Shown piece after piece: positions 35,911 to 46,653 of a stretch of 64,000 bases of DNA. The notes under the pieces were generated by a model. The model searched no databases. It was given only the letters and a program-made list of their open reading frames with translations, and was not told the origin of the DNA. Position 1 is the stretch's first letter. Each line of letters starts with the position of its first letter. This stretch comes from Macrostomum lignano (Eukaryota), in contig NIVC01001288.1 in assembly GCA_002269645.1 (NCBI GenBank), positions 1 to 64,000 on the forward strand, written 5' to 3'. The position numbers were made by a program, and so were the translations under genes.

Positions 35911-38164
35911 TGAATTAAGATTCTATGTTAATTTTTTTGTATGTACATTTGCACGGCCTATCTTAGTGCACGTGTCTTGAAAACAAATAAGACTGGTACA
36001 GTGGTACTTGACTAACAGGCTGTGTTGCCTAAGCCAATTTCTACTACTACTTCAATTAGCGTCAAAAATTATACTTAATATTAGGCCTAGCTACCTCAAA
36101 AACGAAAACATTTTCATTGTAGCCATAGGTCTAATATAAATAACCTGGCCTGGCCCCTGGGCCTATCCACATTGATGATTGATTGTATTTGTGTATAAAG
36201 GGCATCTAGCCTACAATAGACTAAAAATAGTATATACATATACTCAACTCAATCTTAATGATAATAAACTGCATATTGCTTTTTTCAACTTTGTTTCAAT
36301 TTTATAATTAAAGTTAATACAAACTCTAAGTTGATTTGAGATTTTGAATAGTTTTAACTTTATTTATGGCTAGGCCCTATGACTATGAGCATGATAGGCA
36401 GATAATAAGAGAATTAAGTCAGGGATTTGTTTACATAATTTTAATTAGGCCTAAGCAAAAATAAAAGATAGGAACAAAATTTTTTTGAATAGGGGCTAGG
36501 TAATAAATAAATTATTTAGAATTTGTGGTTGAATATCTAGCTAGCTAGGCCTAGTAAAAAATATTTTGGAAAAAATGAAATCTTTTTTAACTATAGTCTA
36601 TAGGCCTACCATAGCCTAGATGTTATAAATGAAATCATATATGCACAACTGCCGGCTGACTTGGCCGATCTGGCCACCATAAATTGTGGTGGACCAGGGG
36701 TAAGTCGCAAAAATGCCACCCCAAAGAGTACAAATGTAGTACTAATTAGATGCAAAGCATTTAGAGCTGATAAGAAAGTCATAGTTACTCCTGCCATTTA
36801 CCCAAAACTGCATTAATTTTGCTTGTTTTTTCATAGGTAAGTCACATTTTTGGTCAAAAAGTAAGTTGCATGGCCAGTATAAATCAGGGGGGTTTTGCAT
36901 ATATGAATAAAGTAGTAGCTAAATTAATTTTTTGTGATTATAAAAATAGGATTAGAGTTAAATATTCTTATTTATTGCATATTTAATTTTTTACTTAGAA
37001 CATTACAATTCAAATGGGTGCAGAGTGATAGCTTAAAGTTGAAAGATTTGTCATTAGCATATAAGTCCAACTATTATCAGTTAGGTAGATAGACTTTGTC
37101 AGTGCCAGTGGTTAGGCCTAGTCAATAAAGGGTAAATGTAATAGACTTAGAACTCAAATAGTTCTATTTTTGTTACTTTTTTCTTATTGATGGGGCTATC
37201 TTTTCTCCAGTTTTACTAATTGGCAATTAACAACCAAATATTAGGCCTTAAACTTATCAATCTTTAGGTTCTATTTCCATTCCATTTTCCAAGCTGCACT
37301 ATGTAGGATGCAATGCTAGTATGTTATATTGGTATGGCACTTGACAGCATAATGGGCACTTAAAGGTAGTCCCTTTGAGTTTGCTTGAATTTTTCAAAGT
37401 TTGAACTAGACAACCATGCTAATGCACAGTACTATATACAACTCTCCACAATGCTCTTGCACATTATTAGCAGGTCCACTGTTTGTTACTATTAGCTAGT
37501 ATTTGCTAGGAACCATATCGCTTATGCTCTACTTTTTATCTTTGCAACTACTAGCTTAGCATGCTCCATGAATATTATTAGGCCAACCTATTGATAATCA
37601 TACCTAGATATTTAAGCTTTCTAAATGTGGCAATAGCTTGGCCTATAATGCCAATGCCAATGCCAATAGGCCAATGTCAGTGGCTTTATCCTTAGGTGAC
37701 CTACTAAAGATATTCCTCACACTTTAGTAGGTTAAGCCTCTTTTTAGATCATAAGCCCAATATTCTATCTTATCCAATGCTCTCCATATATGGTAGCAGG
37801 TTGTTTCCATGGACTGATCTGATATTCAGATAGCCAGATCATCTGCACTGCAAAGCCTTTGTACTACACACACCAACCTCTTTTAGGTCTATCCACTCGT
37901 TAGTTAGGTTTTTTGTCATAGGCATGCCATGACATGTCAAAATTAAAAATGGCATAATGATCTTGATGCTGTTATGCCAAAACAGCATAACAATTTTTTG
38001 CCATTATGCCACAGCCAAAATGCCAATACTGAATCCCTAATTCTAAAGTTCAATTTTGCTTTTAAATTTGCCAAACTGACTAAGCTATTATCACTCCCAT
38101 CTGAATCTGAAATTATGCTAATGGCATGTCAAAGTTGAAAATGGCATAACAATTTTGACGAAAA

Positions 38165-38540
38165 ACCCAGCTCATTAGCATACAACAGAAAAAGGGCCAG
38201 GAAACCCACTGCTCCTTGAGGTAGGCCCTCCTGGAACCTTCTCCGTTTACTGCATCCTCTCCATTTATTGCATCATCCTACTCCCACTCTTGCCTGGTAA
38301 CCGAAGCTGGTGAACCATTTAACCAGTTGCACCGGGGCTCTCTCCATCATCCTGCTGATCAGTTTTACCCTCCATACTCTCTCATAAGCCTTAGAGCAGT
38401 CAAGTGTTAAAGCAATGGTCTTAAGTGTTTTTCTCGCTTCCCACTCATCCTGAATGGACTGGACATGCCATATGACCTGCTCTTTGGTGCTGCGGCCTCT
38501 GAAAGCCCGCCTGCCAGCTCTTGATGTTTGTTGTTGTTAA
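38165..38540 (-). pseudogene. Non-LTR retrotransposon RT core remnant
   Basis: One frame reads KTIALTLDCSKAYERVWRVKLISRMM...FQEGLPQGAVGFLALFLLYANEL (motifs LD.SKAYD.V and G.PQG...LF..Y..D) with one stop. QAGFQR lies upstream in another frame. Confidence 0.8.
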
Positions 38541-38989
38541 TGCCAAAGTTTCCTATTCAGGGGGGGGGGGGGGTTCGCCTTGAACCAGGTCCAGAACGCC
38601 AGCGCCCCTACCTCGTTGGTCCAGAGGTCAGATAGATCCATGATGGCGTATCTGTTCCTGGTCCAGAAGGTGACCGCGCAGCTGCAGATGGCTCGGTAGT
38701 TTCTTCGTCTTCCCTGCAATATCTGCACCTTCCCGTGTCCTTGTTGATTTTTTTGTTGGGGCGCGAGGACGCGAGCTCCATATAGTTTTATCACCTCTCT
38801 CCTCTCATTTATGTTAGGCCTATCACCTTTGAATTGTCTACTTATTATACTTACTTCTTTTATGAAGTAATTCAAATTCAAGAATGAATCATTTTGGTTG
38901 ATTCTGCATGCACTTTACTTGCAATTAAAAAGCTCTGACTTGTAATCCATATTTCATGCTTCTCCATCGCATCAAGCCCAGGTTGAGCA

Positions 38990-41900
38990 ATGCAGTGCCA
39001 GGGTCTGGACGAAAATGCCACCATGTCAGATCTACACAATCGTATACTGAACTATTTGTCTAGTGGCCAGCGCTCAAAGCAGGAAATTCTTCATGCGGTC
39101 CAGCCCTGCACATCATTCAGGCTGACGGTGGCTCTGCAGCAGCTCGTCCAAGCAGATCTTCTTAGCTGCTCGAATGGAAAGTGTTTTCTGCGCAATTCCA
39201 CCGATACTGACTTTCCTGCTTACTCGAGTACCAATTCATCTGATTTGAAATTTGCATCATCTGAAGTCTCGTCAATAGCTGCTTTACCACCAGCAGAGTG
39301 TCCGGCCTCGTCAGCTGCATTTCCACCTGCAGGGTGTCCGGCCTCATCAGCTGCTTTACCACCAGCAGAGTGTCCGGCCTCGTCAGCTGCATTTCCACCT
39401 GCAGGGTGTCCGGCCTCATCAGCTGCTTTACCACCAGCAGAGTGTCCGGCCTCGTCAGCTGCATTTCCACCTGCAGGGTGTCCGGCCTCATCAGCTGCAT
39501 TACCACCTGCAGGGTGTCCGGCCTCATCAGTAGCTGCATCACCTAACCCAGCCAGCACTGCACAACCCAGTGCTTTCAAGCGGCCGTTGCCTCCGCACGA
39601 GCTGCTGAAGCTCGGAGGCGCCTGCTCTGACGCCACTGCTTCCGTCTCTGCTTTGGGGCCCCCTGTGCCGCCTTCATCCATGGCGGTGCGAGGCCGAGGC
39701 TGGGGCCGCGGCTTGCAGCGCCAATTCCCGCAGCAGCCGCAGCAAAGCCAGCAGCCGATGCAGCAAACTCAGCCACAGCCACCTGCTTCGCTGGCTGCAC
39801 AGAATCTATCAGATGGAGATTCTGACTTGGAGTCAGATTCCAATGCGTTATTTGAAGACAGCGATTCCGAACTCTCGAGTATTCATTTCATGCTTGTGTA
39901 GTTGTTTATTAGCTCCCCTGCTCCGTGTTTATAATCAGAGCATAGTCTCACCCGCCCCTCCCACAGGCCTACAGCGCTCCCTGCTCCGTGTTTATAATCA
40001 GAGCATAGTATCACCCGCCCCTCCCACAGGCCTACAGCGCTCCCTGCTCCGTGTTTATAATCAGAGCATAGTCTCACCCGCCCCTCCCACAGGCCTACAG
40101 CGCTCCCTGCTCCGTGTTTATAATCAGAGCATAGTCTCACCCGCCCCTCCCACAGGCCTACAGCGCTCCCTGCTCCGTGTTTATAATCAGAGCATAGTCT
40201 CACCCGCCCCTCCCACAGGCCTACAGCGCTCCCTGCTCCGTGTTTATAATCAGAGCATAGTCTCACCCGCCCCTCCCACAGGCCTGCAGCGCTCCCTGCT
40301 CCGTGTTTATAATCAGAGCATAGTCTCACCCGCCCCTCCCACAGGCCTGCAGCGCTCCCTACTCCGTGTTTATAATCAGAGCATAGTCTCACCCGCCCCT
40401 CCCACAGGCCTACAGCGCTCCCTGCTCCGTGTTTATAATCAGAGCATAGTCTCACCCGCCCCTCCCACAGGCCTGCAGCGCTCCCTGCTTTGTGTTTATA
40501 ATCAGAGCATAGTCTCACCCGCCCCTCCCACAGGCCTGCAGCGCTCCCTACTCCGTGTTTATAATCAGAGCATAGTCTCACCCGCCCCTCCCACAGGCCT
40601 ACAGCGCTCCCTGCTCCGTGTTTATAATCAGAGCATAGTCTCACCCGCCCCTCCCACAGGCCTGCAGCGCTCCCTGCTCCGTGTTTATAATCAGAGCATA
40701 GTCTCACCCGCCCCTCCCACAGGCCTGCAGCGCTCCCTGCTCCGCGCCCTTTCGGACAGATGGCCGCAAGCTGTCAGCCGCCTGCAGCTGCAGAAGCAGG
40801 TTGGTGCAGCCAGCAAGTCGGAGGTGAACCGCTCGCTGTACGGTCTGCATAAGGCGGGGCTGGTTACCAAGGCAACGGACAGCCCACCGCAGTGGCTGTC
40901 TGTCATTGCCATTGGGGACGCCAGCAGTGCATCAGATGCGGGACCGGAAGTTCAGGAAAAAAATGCCGTCTCTCGCTTGCAGGTGCGTGACTGTTAAACT
41001 TTTACGTGGTTCTTTTTTATTGATATTAACAGTAGGCACACAAAGCCATTTTCCGCTCGTCAAACTATCTGGGGGGCAACTTTTTTGCTGCGCCAGAATG
41101 GCCCAACGCAGACACACGAAGCTCCAGAACACGGGGTAACTCTTTTTGGGGCACTTTCTCAAACAGGAAGCAAGTCGCCAGTCCTCTAGACCCGTCAAGA
41201 TATTTAACGATTCTGCCAGAAATTCAGATTTTTAATGTGCTGATAAAAATTGGAGGCTTGACAAGGCTGCACAGAGGGCGAGGCGCAGTGCTGATTGGCG
41301 CACAGGGGCGTTAAATATACTAATGCTATGGGAAAATCCGACCTTCTGTTTGAGTATTTTTTTATTAGAGGCAGGGTGGTTGTGTGCACCCTGGCGCACT
41401 TTAAGTGACATAGACACACAACCGGCGAGAGGCATTACTGCCCATTCCGCCGACTCCCCTGAGCAGGCATACAAGCGCGCGGATACGTACGCAGGCAACA
41501 CACTCACACAGGAGTGTACAGCGGCCCTAACTTTATTTTATCGTTAGGCATGTACACTCCACTGCGCCTTGGGGGTTGGCTTTCAAGGCTGTTAATTGCA
41601 CGAGCAGAGCCAAGCCGAGATTCCAATTCAGCCCCAAATTAATGTGACTGCACTTGGAATCGAGCCTGGGTCGCTGGCACACCAGAGCAGCTGGGCTACG
41701 GCCCCCCCCCCCATTCTGTTTGAGTAGGTGGGGAACAATGTTTGCTCGTGTTCTGGAGTTTCGTGTGCCTGTGCTACTCCGTTCCGGCGCAGCAAAAAAT
41801 TGTCAGGGGATCCTCCTGCTGCTAAAGCTCCTGAATTTGACTTCTGTTGTGAATCCCTTTGTGACTTTAAGCTCACTCTGTGGCTCTCAAAAACTTATCC

Positions 41901-44685
41901 ATCAACTATAGATTCCCCATCTACATGTATAATAACTATACTCGTATTGCTATATATACACACGAATGCACTGTACTGCTTCTGCAGGAATGGTGTCAGG
42001 CCCAGCGGGTGGTGCTGTCCATTGATTGCCTTAGCAGCCGGGGACCTCCTCACCGGCCCACCTTCAAGTTCTGCGTCAGCCTTGACGGTTCTCCGCTATG
42101 CTCAGCCGAGGCAGGCAGCGTCCGCGCTGCTAAACAGCTCGTCTGCGCCACCGCTTTGCAGCGTCTGGAGACGGAAGGCCGCTTGCAGCCCCCGATGAAG
42201 CCGCTGTCGCCTGTCCGGGCTCAGCCCGAGGCTGTCCATGAGCTTGCTGGGCTGGCTGACAAGCTAGACTGTCAAGGAGATGCCGTGAGTCTGCTTTCTG
42301 ATGTCGAATAATGTTCTCCCAGTCTCTGCATCATATCGGTCTTCGCAAGCATGCAAAATAAACCCTGAATGCTTGACACCTTTGTGCTTATCATACAGGC
42401 TTATCATAAGCTGGCTTGGATTGAATTCTTAGTAGCGAAATATTACTGTACTTAAATCCACAAGTATTCCCAATTATAATAATTGTATTATGATTATTAT
42501 TATGATTACTTTCCCAAATATTTGCTAATTATTCGACGGTCGTGCATGTGCTGACTCAACTGGCACTGAGTGGGCTGTCACAAGTGCCAGATTTACTTTC
42601 AGGATTTCACCCGGGTTTTGGACCAAGGAGGCCACACGTACTTTGATTTAGACGATACAATCTGTGAACTTGCCGTTCATGATTACTCTATTGTACTTTG
42701 TACTTACGAGCCCATAGGCTGCTGAAATTATTACCAATTCTTATTAACACATTTACTTCAAAGCCTGGTTTAAAATCTATCAACTGCTCGAATGCCCTAC
42801 TGCGTAGCCCGCAGCAGCCGTGGACGCCCGCTGGCTGCAAGTTCTGTTGCGGAACCCAATCTCAGCCCTGACCGAGTGGTGCCAGTCCCAGGGCCATCGC
42901 CTCGACACTCCCAGCCTGGGCGCCACCGGACCGCCGCACCGGCCCCGCTTTGCCGCTGCAGTCGACATTGACGGCCGACGCCTGTGCCAGGCGGAGGCTG
43001 CCACCAAGCGCGACGCCCGCCGTGACGCCTGCGACCGGGCGCTTCACCTGCTGGCCGCTGCCGGTCTTCTCAGCACCGCCTCTTCCACTGCTGCCGCCGA
43101 CCTGCCCGATGCCACCATCGGGGACAAGGTGGCAGCCCTGGTTCACCGCCGCTTTGAGACCGCCGCCTTGGCCTCAGGGGAGTCGCTGGCCGGTCGAAAG
43201 GTGCTTGCTGGCTTTGCCTTGCTGTGGCCGGATGGCCAGCTCAGCCTGCTTAGCCTCGGAGTCGGCAACCGCTGCGTGTCCGGCGATTGCCTGGCCATGT
43301 CCGGCCGCGTCCTGCACGACTGCCACGCTGAGATCGTCGCCAAGCGGGCTCTGTTGCGCTTCTTCATCCGACAGCTGGCGCTGCTGACGGCTGGCCGAGC
43401 CACTGACGACGGAGATGAGGAAGGAGATGGGCCGCCTGCTTGCTGCTTCCAAGTGAGCAAAGCCTCTTGCACAGGATTGGCTGATAGTTCGTATAGATTA
43501 TAATGGACCCTCAAAGTTAAATCGTTAGTGTTACATTGAGCCCCATCGCTAGTCACGGTTTTATGCGACCTTCGGGAATTTTCTGTTAGCTTGTTCTGCA
43601 TTCAGTGATTTCTACTCTGGCTGGTAGTCCCCCGTGGTCTCCAGAAACCTTGCGCCTGGCTCATTAAACCTGACCTATTTTTTCTCCATCTCAGGTATCC
43701 GATGACGGACGAGCCCGCCTCCTCGATGGTTGCAGCCTCCACTTGTACATCAGTGCTGCGCCCTGCGGCGATGGCGCAGTTTACTGCCGCTCCAGCGACG
43801 CCCCAGCTCTTGACCCGCTGCCCGCTGAGTGGCACCGCCCCGATGAGATTCAGCGCTTCTCGCCTGCAGGCGGCCGCCTCCGCAGCAAGATGGAACGCGG
43901 TGAGGGCACCATTCCTGTTGATGATGAAGCATGCGGGGATGCTGACTTCAGGCAGGCCTGGGATGGCTTGGCTGCTGGCCAGCGGCTGCGCACGATGTCC
44001 TGCAGCGACAAGATCGCGCGCTGGTCCCTTCTGGGTCTGCAGGGCGCCCTGCTCAGCCATGTGCTGCAGCCTGTGTACCTGACCTCCCTCACCTTGGGCA
44101 CGCTGTATCATGCGAAGCACCAGGCTAGAGCTGTCTGCTGCCGCGCACACTGGGCTCTGGCTGCCGATTCAGCATCGCCAGCTCTGCCGGTTGGGTATCG
44201 GCTGACTCACCTGGATCTAAGTGAGTGATTTGTGTTGCCCTGGCTGCTTTTAGAGTTTGCTATTGGTACTCTTTTTCTTTTTTGTGGCGGGACTGGCAGG
44301 GTTTGTGCATGGTGCTTTATCTCCAGCCACCCGGCCCGCAGGTCAGCTGAGCAGAGGTGGTGTGGAGCGCGACACGGAGCGGACGAACTCGCACAGCTTG
44401 AATTGGTACCGGGGCAGCAGCCAGGTGGAGATCTGCGATGCTACCCGTGGCCGCCCGCTTGGCACTGGGGATCAGGACTTTAGCCGGTTGAGCAAGTTCG
44501 CTATCTTCCGCGCATTCGCCGACGCCTCCGGCAAGCCCGCCTGGCGAACCTACGACCAGGCGAAGGCAGCTGCCGTGGACCACCAGACGGTCAAGCGGCA
44601 GCTGCTGGCGGCTCTCCAGAAGCGCGGTCTTGGCGCCTGGATCAGGAAACCAGCTGAGGTGGACACTTTTGAACTCGACTCATAA
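38990..44685 (+). CDS. ADAR: ADAR1-type double-stranded RNA adenosine deaminase (wHTH, Zalpha, 2 dsRBD, deaminase)
   Basis: Exons 38990-39878 (donor uncertain), 40723-40982 (other acceptors possible), 41988-42284, 42808-43452, 43695-44220, 44327-44685, all phase-consistent. Zalpha KSEVNRSLYGLHKAGLVTKATDSPPQW. dsRBDs KNAVSRLQEW..GPPHRPTF and RNPISALTEW..GPPHRPRF. Deaminase motifs DCHAE, APCGD, MSCSDKI and terminal W..KP.E.D.F. Confidence 0.93.
39278..39529 (+). repeat. Coding 36-bp tandem repeat (7 x AA[L/F]PPA[E/G]CPASS) with 72-bp alternation
   Basis: In frame within ADAR exon 1. Confidence 0.9.
39918..40746 (+). repeat. 63-bp minisatellite, 13 units, spanning the acceptor of the Zalpha exon
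   Basis: Unit CTGCTCCGTGTTTATAATCAGAGCATAGTCTCACCCGCCCCTCCCACAG|GCCT[A/G]CAGCGCTCC; 40737-39918 = 13 x 63. Confidence 0.97.
41357..41713 (-). mobile_element. tRNA-derived SINE with 13-bp target-site duplication (ADAR intron)
   Basis: TSD TTCTGTTTGAGTA at 41344-41356 and 41714-41726. Head GGGGCCGTAGCCCAGCTG...GGCTCGATTCC; poly-A tail. Confidence 0.9.
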
Positions 44686-44763
44686 TTGCCAGCTAAGTGA
44701 CTGCTAAGTGATGTTCGTGTGGAGATCCCGCCCTGTTGAATTATTTATGAGCCGTAATTACAT

Positions 44764-45266
44764 GGCTGCCCTGTAATCTGAGGTATTGCTGAGCCGTGTG
44801 TGGAGAGGCTGCCCTGCAATCTGATGTATTGCTGAGCCGTGTGTGGAGAGGCTGCCCTGCAATCTGAAGTATTGCTGAGCCGTGTGTGGAGAGGCTGCCC
44901 TGCAATCTGAAGTATTGCTGAGCCGTGTGTGGAGAGGCTGCCCTGCAATCTGAAGTATTGCTGAGCCGTGTGTGGAGAGGCTGCCCTGCAATCTGAAGTA
45001 TTGCTGAGCCGTGTGTGGAGAGGCTGCCCTGCAATCTGAAGTATTGCTGAGCCGTGTGTGGAGAGGCTGCCCTGCAATCTGAAGTATTGCTGAGCCGTGT
45101 GTGGAGAGGCTGCCCTGCAATCTGAAGTATTGCTGAGCCGTGTGTGGAGAGGCTGCCCTGCAATCTGAAGTATTGCTGAGCCGTGTGTGGAGAGGCTGCC
45201 CTGCAATCTGAAGTATTGCTGAGCCGTGTGTGGAGAGGCTGCCCTGCAATCTGAAGTATTGCTGAG
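44764..45266 (+). repeat. 43-bp minisatellite, about 11.7 units, just downstream of the ADAR stop
   Basis: Unit GGCTGCCCTGCAATCTGAAGTATTGCTGAGCCGTGTGTGGAGA; near-identical copies. Confidence 0.97.
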
Positions 45267-46209
45267 CTGAATTAAAGTTGTGTTTTTTGTTTAGATGAGA
45301 GTCAGAGAGGCTCTGAGATATGCATGGCAGCTCCCTATCCCAGAGTAAATTTTTATTTTGTACAGAGGGAATTCTGATTTTTAACTTCAATATTGAACTT
45401 CTCAATATTGAAAAATGGCCCGTGTCCTCTCTATAATCGGCTGTCAATCACAGATTGTTTATCGCTTTGTTTGTTAATTTTGCCTATTTAGTAAATTCGC
45501 CACATCCTGTTGCCAAAGGTCTGCGAGTTGCATTTAATTTTTAGCTGCAGGCTGCCTGCCATCATGGGGAGGGCACAGTCTGGTTTATGCGCCTGCATGT
45601 CTCGCTTAACTGTAAATCAAGAGTTCGTATTTAGTCTGCATTCTTCATTTTGATTACTTAAAATTCAATAATAAACTAATTTAGCACAATCGCTGCATTT
45701 GTCCTTTTAATATAGCGGTAGCATTGCCATTATGTGCAGATTGCGTCACTTCCACTGCTGAGAGTGGCAGCTGCTGAGACCTGTAATATAAGTATTAATA
45801 TTAGTTAATATAGTTAATATAGTTAATATTAATATTAATGTTTAGTGTTGTAGCACTGCGTGTTATCAGTGAGCTGCAGCACCTGCTGTTTTCTGTTCAA
45901 TAAGAATTTAAGAATGCTCATCCAAAATTAAGTATAAAGGCCTGTATATTTGAGATTTGTGACAATCGGTAAACTACTTTAAGTAGAATCAAATTTTATA
46001 AAGAATTTAAGGCTTTGGGCTTTATTGTTTTAATTTTATTTTCAAAAGCATTGTAGATTTTTTTCAGTTCACAGGCAAATATTCTTTTACTGTTAGTAGC
46101 CGCGCAGTAGACTGGCAATAAAATTCGCTCGTAGAAATAAGCGAGAATTGATTCGAAATCGCATGGAAAATATAGAAATATAAATAGGGCTTTGTGGCTG
46201 GCTGGCTGA

Positions 46210-46653
46210 TCAGCTGGTCCGCCTCAGTCTGTCCTTTGGCAGCTGGGCGAGCTGCTCCGCCCTGGTCTGATTCGCCACCCGCTGCTTTTGGAAGCGGCTC
46301 CGCTGTTCGTCCTGCCGGTCTTTGCTGAGCTGCAGCCGGGTGAACCGGTCCAGCTCCTCCTCATCCCGAACTCGCTGCAGGAATTCTTCCTGCTTGGGTG
46401 ACAGCTCCGTGTTGGGGCAGGAGATGCTAACTGGCTGGTAGCCTGGCGGGGCCCTCTTCAGCCGCTGGCTCACTGAGGGGCAGCTGAGCCCGGACTCCAG
46501 TGTGGGAACCATCTGTGCCGACTGCCAGAACGTGTTGGCATATGCAACTGTCTCTGCGGAGCTGCCGTCAAAGCGGATGACGGTCTGCCGCTTCCCGTGG
46601 TGCCGCTCGCAGCAGCTGCTGGTGCAACTGCAGTCAGAGTCGCTGTTGCTCAT
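46210..46653 (-). CDS. HOATZ: HOATZ (C11orf88/UPF0722)-like cilia protein, single coding exon, 147 aa from ATG 46653
   Basis: FDGSSAETVAYANTFWQSAQMVPTLESGL..SQRL matches the HOATZ motif as I recall it ([29 protein letters not shown]..SQRL). It is followed by a charged coiled coil (EEFLQRVRDEEEL). Coding-like GC content. Confidence 0.7.
   Translation of the reverse strand: MSNSDSDCSCTSSCCERHHGKRQTVIRFDGSSAETVAYANTFWQSAQMVPTLESGLSCPSVSQRLKRAPPGYQPVSISCPNTELSPKQEEFLQRVRDEEELDRFTRLQLSKDRQDEQRSRFQKQRVANQTRAEQLAQLPKDRLRRTS

Noticed and set aside
39162-40707. Minus-strand ORFs over the ADAR repeats (126, 153, 274 aa)
   Set aside because: Antisense frames of 36- and 63-bp repeats.
42780-44583. Multiple overlapping alternative-frame and antisense ORFs in ADAR exons
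   Set aside because: Expected in GC-rich coding DNA; only one frame has ADAR motifs.
44741-45447. Minus-strand ORFs of 140-229 aa
   Set aside because: The 43-bp unit happens to be stop-free on that strand, cycling through three frames.
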